Source: Planctomycetales bacterium (GTDB taxonomy: Bacteria > 4484-113). From it: a stretch of 45,595 nt of DNA. The notes under the pieces were generated by a model. That model did no database searches and was not told the DNA's origin. It saw nothing but the letters and a program-made list of their open reading frames with translations. The stretch covers positions 1 to 45,595 of the forward strand of contig JBBIJQ010000010.1 of assembly GCA_037445915.1 (NCBI GenBank). The letters run 5' to 3'. Below, in pieces: positions 27,274-35,759 of the stretch; position 1 is the stretch's first letter, and each line of letters starts with the position of its first letter. The translations under genes were made by a program, and so were the position numbers.

Positions 27274-27624
27274 TTGAAAGAAGGTCGTAAAAACCGGAGA
27301 GGCGTCCGTTTCCATATGGATGTCAACGAGGAGTTTGAGTTCCTGCCCCAAACGCCGGAGCAGCTATTTGTCCGCGCGATGAGCTCCGGGGTTCCCCTGT
27401 TCCTGACCGAATCGCTTCTCAATGAGATTAGCCGCATTGAGCCTGATGAGCTGGTTGAGAAAATAATCAACGACATGCACAAGGATTCCAGCAAGGCCGA
27501 CCCGGCGCTGCGCTGGTTCTACTTGATGATGGACTTCCAGGAAGACTTCCCGCGCCTGATGCAGCTTATGTCCGCTCGCGACGCTGCGCGTGACACCAAC
27601 CGCATTGACAGCGACGAAGACTAG
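27274..27624 (+). CDS. Hypothetical acidic protein (start may be ATG 27316)
   Basis: Host-like codon use and an upstream TGtTATAAT. No motif recognised. Confidence 0.65.
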   Translation: MKEGRKNRRGVRFHMDVNEEFEFLPQTPEQLFVRAMSSGVPLFLTESLLNEISRIEPDELVEKIINDMHKDSSKADPALRWFYLMMDFQEDFPRLMQLMSARDAARDTNRIDSDED

Positions 27625-27639
27625 CCGCAGGCAGCGCCT

Positions 27640-28287
27640 TTACCGCGCAATCATGTAGTTATCCATTATTTGGTTAAGTGTGCGCTCAGCATCGGCTCGG
27701 CACAGGCCGCAGCCGGTGGAAATCTTCGTTCGCTCCTGAAGCTGCTCAAAGGTGCGGACGTTGTGCTCCAGCACCGCGTCTTCAATGTCGGCTTCGGTCA
27801 CCGCAAGGCAATGGCACACTTCGCGCGCGGGCTCCGGCGGGATGCGGTGTTCCTGCCCTGCCTTGATGAGGTAATCGCGCAGCGCAGCACGCAGCGCCTT
27901 GTCGCCCAGCACAGAGCAGTGTATCTTGCGGTCGGGAAGCCCTCCCAGCCTTGCGAGGATGTCCTGCGGCCTTAGCAGGAATGCGTCTTCAATCGTCATG
28001 CCGCCGTTTTCAAGCACTATTTCCGAAAGCATTGAAGTGGATGCGATAGCGCTTGCGCAGCCAAAAGTCTTCCATTGAAAGCCGCTGATGCGGCCGCTCT
28101 TCTCGTCAATGTTGACATAGACTTTCATCATATCGCCGCAGACCGGGCTTCCCACCACGCCTACGCCATCGGACTTGGCCACGGCTTCGGCATCATCGCC
28201 GAAGAGCGCGTTGCGCGGGTTCGTGAAGTGGTCTTTCACGACATCGGTGTATAGCCACTGCGTAAAGGCGTCAGTTTCGTTGGTCAT
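27640..28287 (-). CDS. NifU/IscU Fe-S scaffold with C-terminal BFD-like [2Fe-2S] domain
   Basis: DHFTNPRN, CGD, TFGCASAIAS, KIHCS; C-terminal CHC...TGCGLC. Confidence 0.93.
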   Translation of the reverse strand: MTNETDAFTQWLYTDVVKDHFTNPRNALFGDDAEAVAKSDGVGVVGSPVCGDMMKVYVNIDEKSGRISGFQWKTFGCASAIASTSMLSEIVLENGGMTIEDAFLLRPQDILARLGGLPDRKIHCSVLGDKALRAALRDYLIKAGQEHRIPPEPAREVCHCLAVTEADIEDAVLEHNVRTFEQLQERTKISTGCGLCRADAERTLNQIMDNYMIAR

Positions 28288-28437
28288 ATTCGTTCCTCAC
28301 CGTAAACATGCACTAAAGCGCACACCTTATGTTACACGGGTTCCCGGCTGAATAACGCAGAAAGCGGGGCCGGAGTTGTGGTTAATCTACCGACCCCGCT
28401 TCCTTAGAGGCGAGATAATTCCGTTTCGCCCCGCCCA

Positions 28438-29060
28438 TTAATGTGGAGGCGTTCCAGGAGCCGTGTAGGTTGCGATTCCGTTTAAGCCTACAACGACATT
28501 TACAGCATACCAATCTCCACTAGAGCTGTCAAGGGGTTGCGGCCCTAGTGTCGCGGTTTCTTCTTAAGGAGTGCCAGGGTTCAAGAGCAGGGAGATATAG
28601 TTGCCGTTTATAAATGACCCGTCGTAGTTGTGGACATAAACGTAGTAAGTCCCCGCTATTTCGGGCGAACCTGTTGGCACGACGCAAGTGAAGTTCTCCG
28701 GGCCGTAAGTGGTGACGTTATCCACGTCAAGGCTACCGGTCCCAATGACCTTTTGGCTGTAATAGCAATGTTCCCCGTTAGGGCCTACTACATGCAGGTC
28801 CATATCGCCGGGACCATCCCATGTCAGCGTCGCGCGGAAGAGGATATCGCCGTTCTCGCCCTCAACCGGCTCGGAAAGCTAGGAAAACGACAGCCCCGAC
28901 GAAGGCGCTTTGCCGCCCGCGGGGAGAATAGTGTAGTCGGCTGTTAGGCCGCCCGCTTGCAAGGGAATTGTTATATGAAGAGTGTTCCCGCTTCCGCCGC
29001 AAGCCCGATGGCGAGCACGGCCGGAATTATGAACAACACACAAGTGATCTTGTTTACCAT
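28438..29060 (-). pseudogene. Disrupted lipoprotein with YfaP/DUF2135-like domain
   Basis: GGAGG then ATG at 29060 (MVNKITCVLFIIPAVLAIG), frameshift into ACGGSG, TAG at 28879-28881, then LTWDGPGDMDLHVVGPNGEHCYY..LDVD..YGPEN, TAA at 28564-28566, then open to TAA at 28438. Confidence 0.75.
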
Positions 29061-29153
29061 CCCATCCTCCTATGCGAGATTGGGATTTAAGCACAAGCTT
29101 GAATTAGCAGCTTGTGCTATTATTGCTCTAGCCAAGTGTATTGGGGGTTCGGT

Positions 29154-31376
29154 ATGAACGCTCGTAGTGTGTTCATCGCCGTAGGGGCCGCGCTGCTTGC
29201 GGCTTGTATAATCACGGGCGGCTGCTCCGGCCAAGCCCGCAACTCCGCACGAATAGCCGATTCCGCACAATCGCTGTTGTTATCCGAGCAACTGAAGCAA
29301 TTGGAAGAGCTGCAAACGCCGCCTGGCGTTGACCCTGAGCTTTTCCAAAAGCTAAAGGATGCCTTCAGGGCGAAGCTGGCGGATGGCAAGATGGCCAGCT
29401 CGCCGCCTGTGGGCGGCGATAACGCAGTATCGGATTTAGCGCTGGTATTTGATGCCGGATTCTATACCGCAACCTGGTCTTACCGTAACGTCGGTGATTA
29501 CAACCAAGATGGTGAGGTCGGCATTTCCGACTTGACCCCGCTGGCAATGGAGTTTTTGCAGCCGGTTACTCCGGACAACGAATGGGTTGACGGCAACAAC
29601 GACGGCGCTATCAACATCGCCGATGTCACTCCGCTGGCGATGCATTTCCTGAGCAAGTGCGACCATTACGCGCTAATGCAAAGCGCAGCCGAAGCAGGTC
29701 CTTTCACGGAGGTTACTACGATTCCTTTTGCAAACGCAACAGGAAGCCAGCGCAAGCAATTCAGCGCGCCATCGCTTGACCTGTCATCAGGCTGGTTCTA
29801 TAACGTGCAGCCATTTGATTCGGAAGGAAATCCGGGTGAGCCTGGCGTAACAGTGCGGATACCGGTGAACCAACCGCCTGAAGCGTCCTTCACTGCTGAC
29901 CCGCCTTCAGGGTCTGCTCCTCTTACCGTGACATTTGACGCAAACGCAAGCATTGACCCGGACGGGACGATTGTAAGTTATGCGTGGGACTGGGAGAGCG
30001 ACGGGACGGTTGATGAAACTAATGCTATTCCAACCGCCACGCATCAATTCACCGCCGGAGGCATATACCAAGTAGGCCTTATCGTGACCGACAACGCTAC
30101 TGCGCAGGATTCGGCTTACGCAACCATTACAGCGAAGGAGGAATGGACGCATTCCTGGGGGCAAGCCGGATGGGATTTCGCTACACGAGTGGCGACAAAC
30201 AGAGACGGCGAAGTCTTCGTTACAGCAACGCTGGAATTGAGCGGCACGGACACGGACATCGTCTTGCTCAAATACAGCCCGCAAGGCGATTTACTATGGG
30301 AGAAAGCATGGGGCGGTGCGGCGAGCGATGACCCAGTGGGCTTAGCTGTAAACAGCTACGGCGAAGTGTTTGTTATTGCGAATACAACAAGCTACGGTGA
30401 GGGGAATACGGATGTGCTTCTCCTCAAATTCAGCCCGGCAGGGGATCTCCACGGGGCACTGACTTGGGGAAGCGCTGGCCAGGAATTCGCAACCGGCCTT
30501 ACGCTGGATGGCAATGAAAACCTGATTGTATCCGGCCAAACCACAAGCTTTGGCGCGCAAATGCAAGACATCTTCGCAATCAAGTTTTCAGGAGCCAACG
30601 CTGATGTTGAATGGGCGAAGCTCTGGGGCGGCGCACAGGACGATTTCTCTATGGGCGTTGTCGCGGGCGGCGGAAGCTTCTACCTATCGGGAACGACTTA
30701 CAGCTACGGCGAAGGTTGGCGGGATGCGCTGCTAATAGCCGCAAGCACAGACGGCGACCTGTATTGGCGCAATACGTGGGGAACGCCGCTATCCGAAGGC
30801 GCTCGCGCCATCGCCATGCACCCGGTTGAGGGCACGCTGTATTTGACGGGTTTTGCAGAGGTCTCCTTTCCGCCCAGCCAGGACGTAATGCTCCTTGGTT
30901 TCAACCAAAGCGGAGATCTTGTGCTGGAGAAGGTCTGGGGCGGCACGCAGTATGACAGGGGTGACGCGATTGCCGTGTTCAAGAATGGCGATATTGCAGT
31001 GGGAGGGAATTCGCAGAGCTTCTTTGACCCGTTGGATGGGGATGCATTTCTGCTTCGCTACAGCCCTATTGGCGCGCTGCAATGGTCGCGCAGTCTGGGG
31101 GGAAGCGGCCATCAAGATATTATCGCGGCCTGCTTGGACAATCTCGGGAACCTGTTGCTGGCGGGTATTTCGCCGGACGCCTCATGCGTGTGGTCGGATG
31201 TCACCGGGACCGAAACAGCGCCGACAGCAGTAGTCACGCACGAAACAGCCGACCCATTCACGAGCATAACTGGCGTCGTCAACAACCAGCCTTTTGCCGC
31301 GCGCAACGAGCCAGGCGTGGAGGATGCAGGCGGAGGCGGCGATGGTGACGCGCTTGCCCTCAAGCTTACTTTGTGA
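29154..31376 (+). CDS. Lipoprotein with dockerin-like pair, PKD domain and beta-propeller repeats
   Basis: Signal ending GGC; DYNQDGEVGISD and DGNNDGAINIAD; APLTVTFDANASIDPDGTIVSYAWDW (PKD); repeated W..(T)WGG...D blades. ATG at 29154 preferred. Confidence 0.85.
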   Translation: MNARSVFIAVGAALLAACIITGGCSGQARNSARIADSAQSLLLSEQLKQLEELQTPPGVDPELFQKLKDAFRAKLADGKMASSPPVGGDNAVSDLALVFDAGFYTATWSYRNVGDYNQDGEVGISDLTPLAMEFLQPVTPDNEWVDGNNDGAINIADVTPLAMHFLSKCDHYALMQSAAEAGPFTEVTTIPFANATGSQRKQFSAPSLDLSSGWFYNVQPFDSEGNPGEPGVTVRIPVNQPPEASFTADPPSGSAPLTVTFDANASIDPDGTIVSYAWDWESDGTVDETNAIPTATHQFTAGGIYQVGLIVTDNATAQDSAYATITAKEEWTHSWGQAGWDFATRVATNRDGEVFVTATLELSGTDTDIVLLKYSPQGDLLWEKAWGGAASDDPVGLAVNSYGEVFVIANTTSYGEGNTDVLLLKFSPAGDLHGALTWGSAGQEFATGLTLDGNENLIVSGQTTSFGAQMQDIFAIKFSGANADVEWAKLWGGAQDDFSMGVVAGGGSFYLSGTTYSYGEGWRDALLIAASTDGDLYWRNTWGTPLSEGARAIAMHPVEGTLYLTGFAEVSFPPSQDVMLLGFNQSGDLVLEKVWGGTQYDRGDAIAVFKNGDIAVGGNSQSFFDPLDGDAFLLRYSPIGALQWSRSLGGSGHQDIIAACLDNLGNLLLAGISPDASCVWSDVTGTETAPTAVVTHETADPFTSITGVVNNQPFAARNEPGVEDAGGGGDGDALALKLTL

Positions 31377-31396
31377 TTGCCTAGGGCATCGGGAAG

Positions 31397-31867
31397 CTAA
31401 CCGGCGAAGACCTGAAACTCGGCGTTGACCGGGAAGTTCACGCTGTTGCCGACGGCGCAAGCCGAATGCGCTTTGTGCAGCATCGCCTCGCACTTCTCGC
31501 GGTCTTCCTCGCGCTTGACAGTAACGCGCGGGCGCAGGTTCACGTGCGTGAAGCGAAGCGCACCCTCAACCATCGCCATTTCGCCGTCCGCGCTGTCTTC
31601 GTAAGCGGTGAACTCTAAGCCGGCGCGCGAAGCCATGCTGATGAAAGTTGACATCACGCATGACGAGAGCGCGGCGACCAGCATGTCCGCTGGCGTGACG
31701 TTAGCGGCATCGCCGCCGAACTCAGGGCCGCCACCGGTCATAAATCGCGGCTTGTCGTCGTTAAAATACAGCTCAGCGCTCTTGTTGTGTTTCCAGTCCA
31801 GGCGGCATTCATAGCGCCAGCTCCGGGGCTTAGCCTTGTGTGTTTCGGTTTCTTTCGTTTCTTCCAT
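31397..31867 (-). CDS. OsmC/Ohr family protein
   Basis: PEFGGD, TPADMLVAALSSCVMSTF and AHSACAVGNS (two Cys). Confidence 0.92.
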   Translation of the reverse strand: MEETKETETHKAKPRSWRYECRLDWKHNKSAELYFNDDKPRFMTGGGPEFGGDAANVTPADMLVAALSSCVMSTFISMASRAGLEFTAYEDSADGEMAMVEGALRFTHVNLRPRVTVKREEDREKCEAMLHKAHSACAVGNSVNFPVNAEFQVFAG

Positions 31868-31988
31868 AGGGTCTTATTACCTCCCGAAGCTATATTATCA
31901 CGCATCCCCCGAAAGCTATTTTGCGCTGGGCCAACTTTACTCCTGAACTTCCAGTACTCAACCCTTCGCGACCAACAAGCAAACGGAT

Positions 31989-32017
31989 TTGACACCCCTG
32001 CGCGGACGTGGTATCTT
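31989..32017 (+). promoter_or_regulatory. Sigma70-type promoter of rpmB
   Basis: TTGACA (31989-31994), 17 bp spacer ending TGG, TATCTT (32012-32017). Confidence 0.8.
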
Positions 32018-32041
32018 ACACGCCCCTCAAGGGAAACGACT

Positions 32042-32242
32042 ATGTCTAGGAAATGCGAAATAACCGGTAAGAAGCCCATGGTTGGGTGCAGCGTGTCGCA
32101 CTCGCAGCGGCACACAAAGCGCACCTGGTCTCCCAACCTGCGCATGGCCGTGGTAACAATGCCCGACGGCACCCGCAAGAAAATGAAGGTCTCCATGAAA
32201 GCCCTGAAGACCCTTGCCAAGCCAGTCCGCGACCGCAGCTAG
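32042..32242 (+). CDS. rpmB: 50S ribosomal protein L28
   Basis: MSRKCEITGKKPMVGCSVSHSQRHTKRTWSPNL...KMKVSMKALKT. Confidence 0.97.
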   Translation: MSRKCEITGKKPMVGCSVSHSQRHTKRTWSPNLRMAVVTMPDGTRKKMKVSMKALKTLAKPVRDRS

Positions 32243-32281
32243 CCCCTAGCCCCGCGCCTCCAAACCAGCGACTTATTCACT

Positions 32282-32578
32282 TTAGCCACCGCCCACCAGC
32301 ACACGCGCATCCTCTGCGCTCATGCCCTTAACGAGGATGCGCTTATTGCGGGAAGCATCGCCGCTTAGAAGCTCGAGCTTTGAGCGGGGGACGGCAAGGA
32401 ACTTGGCGAGGACAGCGAGGACGGCTTCGTTGGCCTTGCCCTTCTCAGGCGGCGCGGTCACGGCGACTTTCAGCGCGCCACCGTCAACGCCTCGCACCTC
32501 CGCGCGCGCGGAATGCGGCAGCGCTTTCACGGTGATAATCACGCCCTCGGCGGTTTGTTTGAGCCAATCTTCGCTCAT
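32282..32578 (-). CDS. DUF167/YggU family protein
   Basis: LKVAVTAPPEKGKANEAV and LLSGDASRNK. Confidence 0.93.
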   Translation of the reverse strand: MSEDWLKQTAEGVIITVKALPHSARAEVRGVDGGALKVAVTAPPEKGKANEAVLAVLAKFLAVPRSKLELLSGDASRNKRILVKGMSAEDARVLVGGG

Positions 32579-33078
32579 TTCACGACCACGAGCTTTTTGA
32601 TATCGGCGAACTTCTTGTCGCCGATGCCCTTCACGTCTTTTAGCTGCTCAATGGACTTAAAGCGACCGATGGATTTGCGGTGCGCGATGATGCGCGCGGC
32701 AAGCGTTGGGCCGATGCCCGGCAGCGCATCCAGCGCATCTGCGCTCGCGGTGTTGATATCAATGGGGAAATGAACCTTCGGCTTCGCGGGCACTGCTTTC
32801 GCGGAAGGCTTGCGGGCAGGAGTGCTGCTTCCAACGAGCTTTGCCGAGTTTGCGGATTCGGGCGCTTCGCCAGCCAGCTCGCTTGCGATGTCCGTCACTT
32901 CCGGCATGGCTTTCATCGCTTTCACCGTTAGCTTGCCCGCATCGGCGGTGATGCCGGGGAGCGCAGTAAGGGGCTGCGCGCTTTTGGGCACGGCGTAAAG
33001 CGTGCCGTAGCCGGAAGCCACCGCGGCGAACAGGAGCGCGCCCGCGGCGAGCGCTATGACTTTTTCCTGAAGCTCCAA
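32575..33078 (-). CDS. comEA: ComEA family helix-hairpin-helix DNA-binding protein
   Basis: N-terminal TM; IDINTASADALDALPGIGPTLAARII and LKDVKGIG. Confidence 0.9.
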   Translation of the reverse strand: MELQEKVIALAAGALLFAAVASGYGTLYAVPKSAQPLTALPGITADAGKLTVKAMKAMPEVTDIASELAGEAPESANSAKLVGSSTPARKPSAKAVPAKPKVHFPIDINTASADALDALPGIGPTLAARIIAHRKSIGRFKSIEQLKDVKGIGDKKFADIKKLVVVK

Positions 33079-33086
33079 CGATTCCC

Positions 33087-35576
33087 CTACTTGACGACTA
33101 TGTTCACGAGCCGCCCGCGCACGACGAGAATCTTCACCAGCGTCTTGCCTTCCATATGCTGTTTGACTTTCTCGTCCGCGAGCGCGGCTTTTTCAATGTC
33201 GGCGTCGGCGGCGTCCACCGGCATGATTATGCGGGCGCGCGGCTTCCCGTTCACGCTGATGCCGTATTCCACTTCGCTGACCTGCAGGAAGCGCGCATCG
33301 TGCTTGGGCCAGCTCGCATGCATTGCAAAGCCCTCGCCGCCGCTAACCGCCCAAAGCTCTTCGGCGAGGTGCGGCGCAATCGGCGAAAGCAGTATTGGAA
33401 AGATGCGCAGCGCGGCGTTCATCATCGCGCGCAAGTTCGCATCCGACTTGCGCGCATCGGGCAGCGCGTCCCATTGCTCGGAAAGCTGGTTGAACAGCAC
33501 CATCAGCGAGCTTATGACAATATTGAAGCTCCAAGCTTCAAGCGCGGTGGTGATGTCGCGGATGCCGGCATGAAGCGCTGACTGGAGCGCCTTAGCTTCG
33601 GGCGATTCGTCGGATGTGTCCGCCTCTCCTGCGCCCTCAACCTGCTCCCATGTGTCGCTGAAGAATGTATATAAGCGCTTCAAGAAGCGGAAGCAGCCGC
33701 CGACTCCGCCTTCCTGCCATTCCACGTCGCGGTCGGGCGGGCCCCAGAACAGGCTGATCATGCGCCCTGTGTCCGCGCCGTAGCGGTCAAGGAAATGGTC
33801 AATGCTGACGACGTTGCCCCGGCTTTTGCTCATCTTCGCGCCGTCCTTGTAGAGGATGCCCTGCGAGAAGTAGCGCAGGAACGGCTCGCGGAAGTTGAGC
33901 ATGCCCGCGCGGTTGAGCGCGTGGCAGATGAAGCGCGAATAGAGCATATGCCCGACGACGTGCTCCTTTCCGCCGATGTAAAAGTCCACCGGCATCCATG
34001 CGTTGCACGTCGCAGAATCAAACGGCGCGGAGGCGTTCTTCGGGTCGGTGTAGCGCAGGTAGTACCACGAGCTGCACATGAAAGTGCTCATCGTGTCGGC
34101 TTCGCGCTGCGCAGGGCCGCCGCACTCGGGGCATTTGGTTTCAATGAATTCGCGGTTGGAAGCGAGGCGCGAGTCCGTCTCGGCGTTGAACGCCACCGTC
34201 TCAGGCAGCAGCACCGGCAGGTCTTCAAACGGCACGGGGACATGCCCGCAATGTTCGCAATGCACGACAGGGATGGGCACGCCCCAATAGCGCTGGCGCG
34301 AAACGAGCCAGTCGCGAAGCTTATACTGCACCGTGCCACCGCCGATGCCAGCCTGAGCAAGGTCGGTGTTCAGCGCGGCGATGCCGTCGGCGCTCGTCAT
34401 GCCGCTGTATTTGCCGGAATCAAACATGACGCCGTAGCCGGTGTAACATTCGCCGCCATCCACGCCTTCGGGAGGCTTGACAACGCTGACGATGGGTATG
34501 CCGTATTTCGTGGCAAAGGCGAAGTCGCGCGTGTCGTGCGCCGGCACGCCCATGACGACACCAGTGCCGTATTCCATCAGGACGTAATCGGCGGCGAAGA
34601 TGAACACTTCTGCGCCGGTCAGCGGATGCCGCACCTTCACGCCGAGGTTCACGCCTTCCTTCTCGCGCTCCTCCGCGCCGCGTTCAATCGCGCTGACGCT
34701 GGTGAGCTTCGCGCGGAATGCTGCAAGCTCATCGGCTTTGCCGCCCGCCTGCGCCAGCTTCTCTGCCAGCGGATGTTCAGGCGCGATGGAGAGGAAAGTC
34801 ACACCGAAGAGCGTGTCTGCGCGCGTGGTGAAAACCTCAACCTTCTCGCACACATCGGGGATTTCAAAAGTGATGCGCGTGCCCTCGCTGCGGCCGATCC
34901 AGTTGCGCTGCATCGTCTTGTAGTTTTCCGGCCAGTCGTTAAGGCCTTCAATGTCGGCGAGCAGCTCGTCGGCGAACTCGGTCGTGCGGATGAACCACTG
35001 GCTCAAGTTGCGCTTCACCACCGGCTGCGCGCATCGCCAGCACGTGCCGTCGGACGCTTCCTCGTTGGCTAGGACGCCGTGCGTGGGGCACCAGTTCACC
35101 GGCGCATCGCGCTTGTAAACGAGCCCCATTTCGTAGAGCTTCAAGAATATCCACTGCGTCCAGCGGTAGTATTCGGGCGTGCTGGTATTGACCTCGCGGT
35201 CCCAGTCGTAGCTGATGCCCGACGCTTTGAGCTGGCGCTTGTAGTTGCCGACTGCCTTCATGGTCATCTCGCGCGGGTGGACGCCGTGGTCAATCGCGGC
35301 TTGCTCTGCGGGAAGGCCGAAGGCGTCCCAGCCCATCGGGTTCAAAACGTTCCTGCCCAGCATCCGCCGGTAGCGCGCGACCACGTCGCCGATGGTGTAG
35401 TTGCGCAAGTGGCCCATGTGCAGGTCGCCGGAGGGATAGGGGAACATGACGAGGACGTACGCCTTGTCTTCGCGCGAGCTAGGCTCATGCGCGGCAAAGG
35501 CGCTGCGCGAAGCCCATTCGCGCTGCCAGCGAGCCTCAATTTCCTTGAAATCGTATTCAGCCACGGTTACACCCAT
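33087..35576 (-). CDS. leuS: Leucine--tRNA ligase
   Basis: MFPYPSGDLHMGH, GWDAFGLPAE, FTTRADT, GVPAHD, SRQRYWG and KMSKS. Confidence 0.99.
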   Translation of the reverse strand: MGVTVAEYDFKEIEARWQREWASRSAFAAHEPSSREDKAYVLVMFPYPSGDLHMGHLRNYTIGDVVARYRRMLGRNVLNPMGWDAFGLPAEQAAIDHGVHPREMTMKAVGNYKRQLKASGISYDWDREVNTSTPEYYRWTQWIFLKLYEMGLVYKRDAPVNWCPTHGVLANEEASDGTCWRCAQPVVKRNLSQWFIRTTEFADELLADIEGLNDWPENYKTMQRNWIGRSEGTRITFEIPDVCEKVEVFTTRADTLFGVTFLSIAPEHPLAEKLAQAGGKADELAAFRAKLTSVSAIERGAEEREKEGVNLGVKVRHPLTGAEVFIFAADYVLMEYGTGVVMGVPAHDTRDFAFATKYGIPIVSVVKPPEGVDGGECYTGYGVMFDSGKYSGMTSADGIAALNTDLAQAGIGGGTVQYKLRDWLVSRQRYWGVPIPVVHCEHCGHVPVPFEDLPVLLPETVAFNAETDSRLASNREFIETKCPECGGPAQREADTMSTFMCSSWYYLRYTDPKNASAPFDSATCNAWMPVDFYIGGKEHVVGHMLYSRFICHALNRAGMLNFREPFLRYFSQGILYKDGAKMSKSRGNVVSIDHFLDRYGADTGRMISLFWGPPDRDVEWQEGGVGGCFRFLKRLYTFFSDTWEQVEGAGEADTSDESPEAKALQSALHAGIRDITTALEAWSFNIVISSLMVLFNQLSEQWDALPDARKSDANLRAMMNAALRIFPILLSPIAPHLAEELWAVSGGEGFAMHASWPKHDARFLQVSEVEYGISVNGKPRARIIMPVDAADADIEKAALADEKVKQHMEGKTLVKILVVRGRLVNIVVK

Positions 35577-35759
35577 GGGGATTCCCCCCGCATCATGAAC
35601 GAGCGTGGATTATATCATTGGGGGCGAGCGCGGAGAGGATTACCTCCCTTTTGAAATTACCCCCCCTTGTAATCGGGACTTTAGTCCCGCTCTGGTCGTG
35701 ACGACCATATCAACCCCTCTTGGGCTATTTTCGGCGATATGCCATAATGAGCAATAGGG

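Noticed and set aside
28361-28402. Inverted repeat AAGCGGGG...CCCCGCTT upstream of nifU as terminator or riboswitch
   Set aside because: Long imperfect loop and only a short U-tract; no recognisable aptamer, so a specific call cannot be supported.
31787-32041. Long N-terminal extension of the L28 ORF
   Set aside because: Overlaps the osmC start and the rpmB promoter; true start is ATG 32042.
33795-35072. 425-aa antisense ORF in leuS (and similar shadows in addAB, phnE and vWA)
   Set aside because: GC-rich shadow ORFs opposite well-supported genes.
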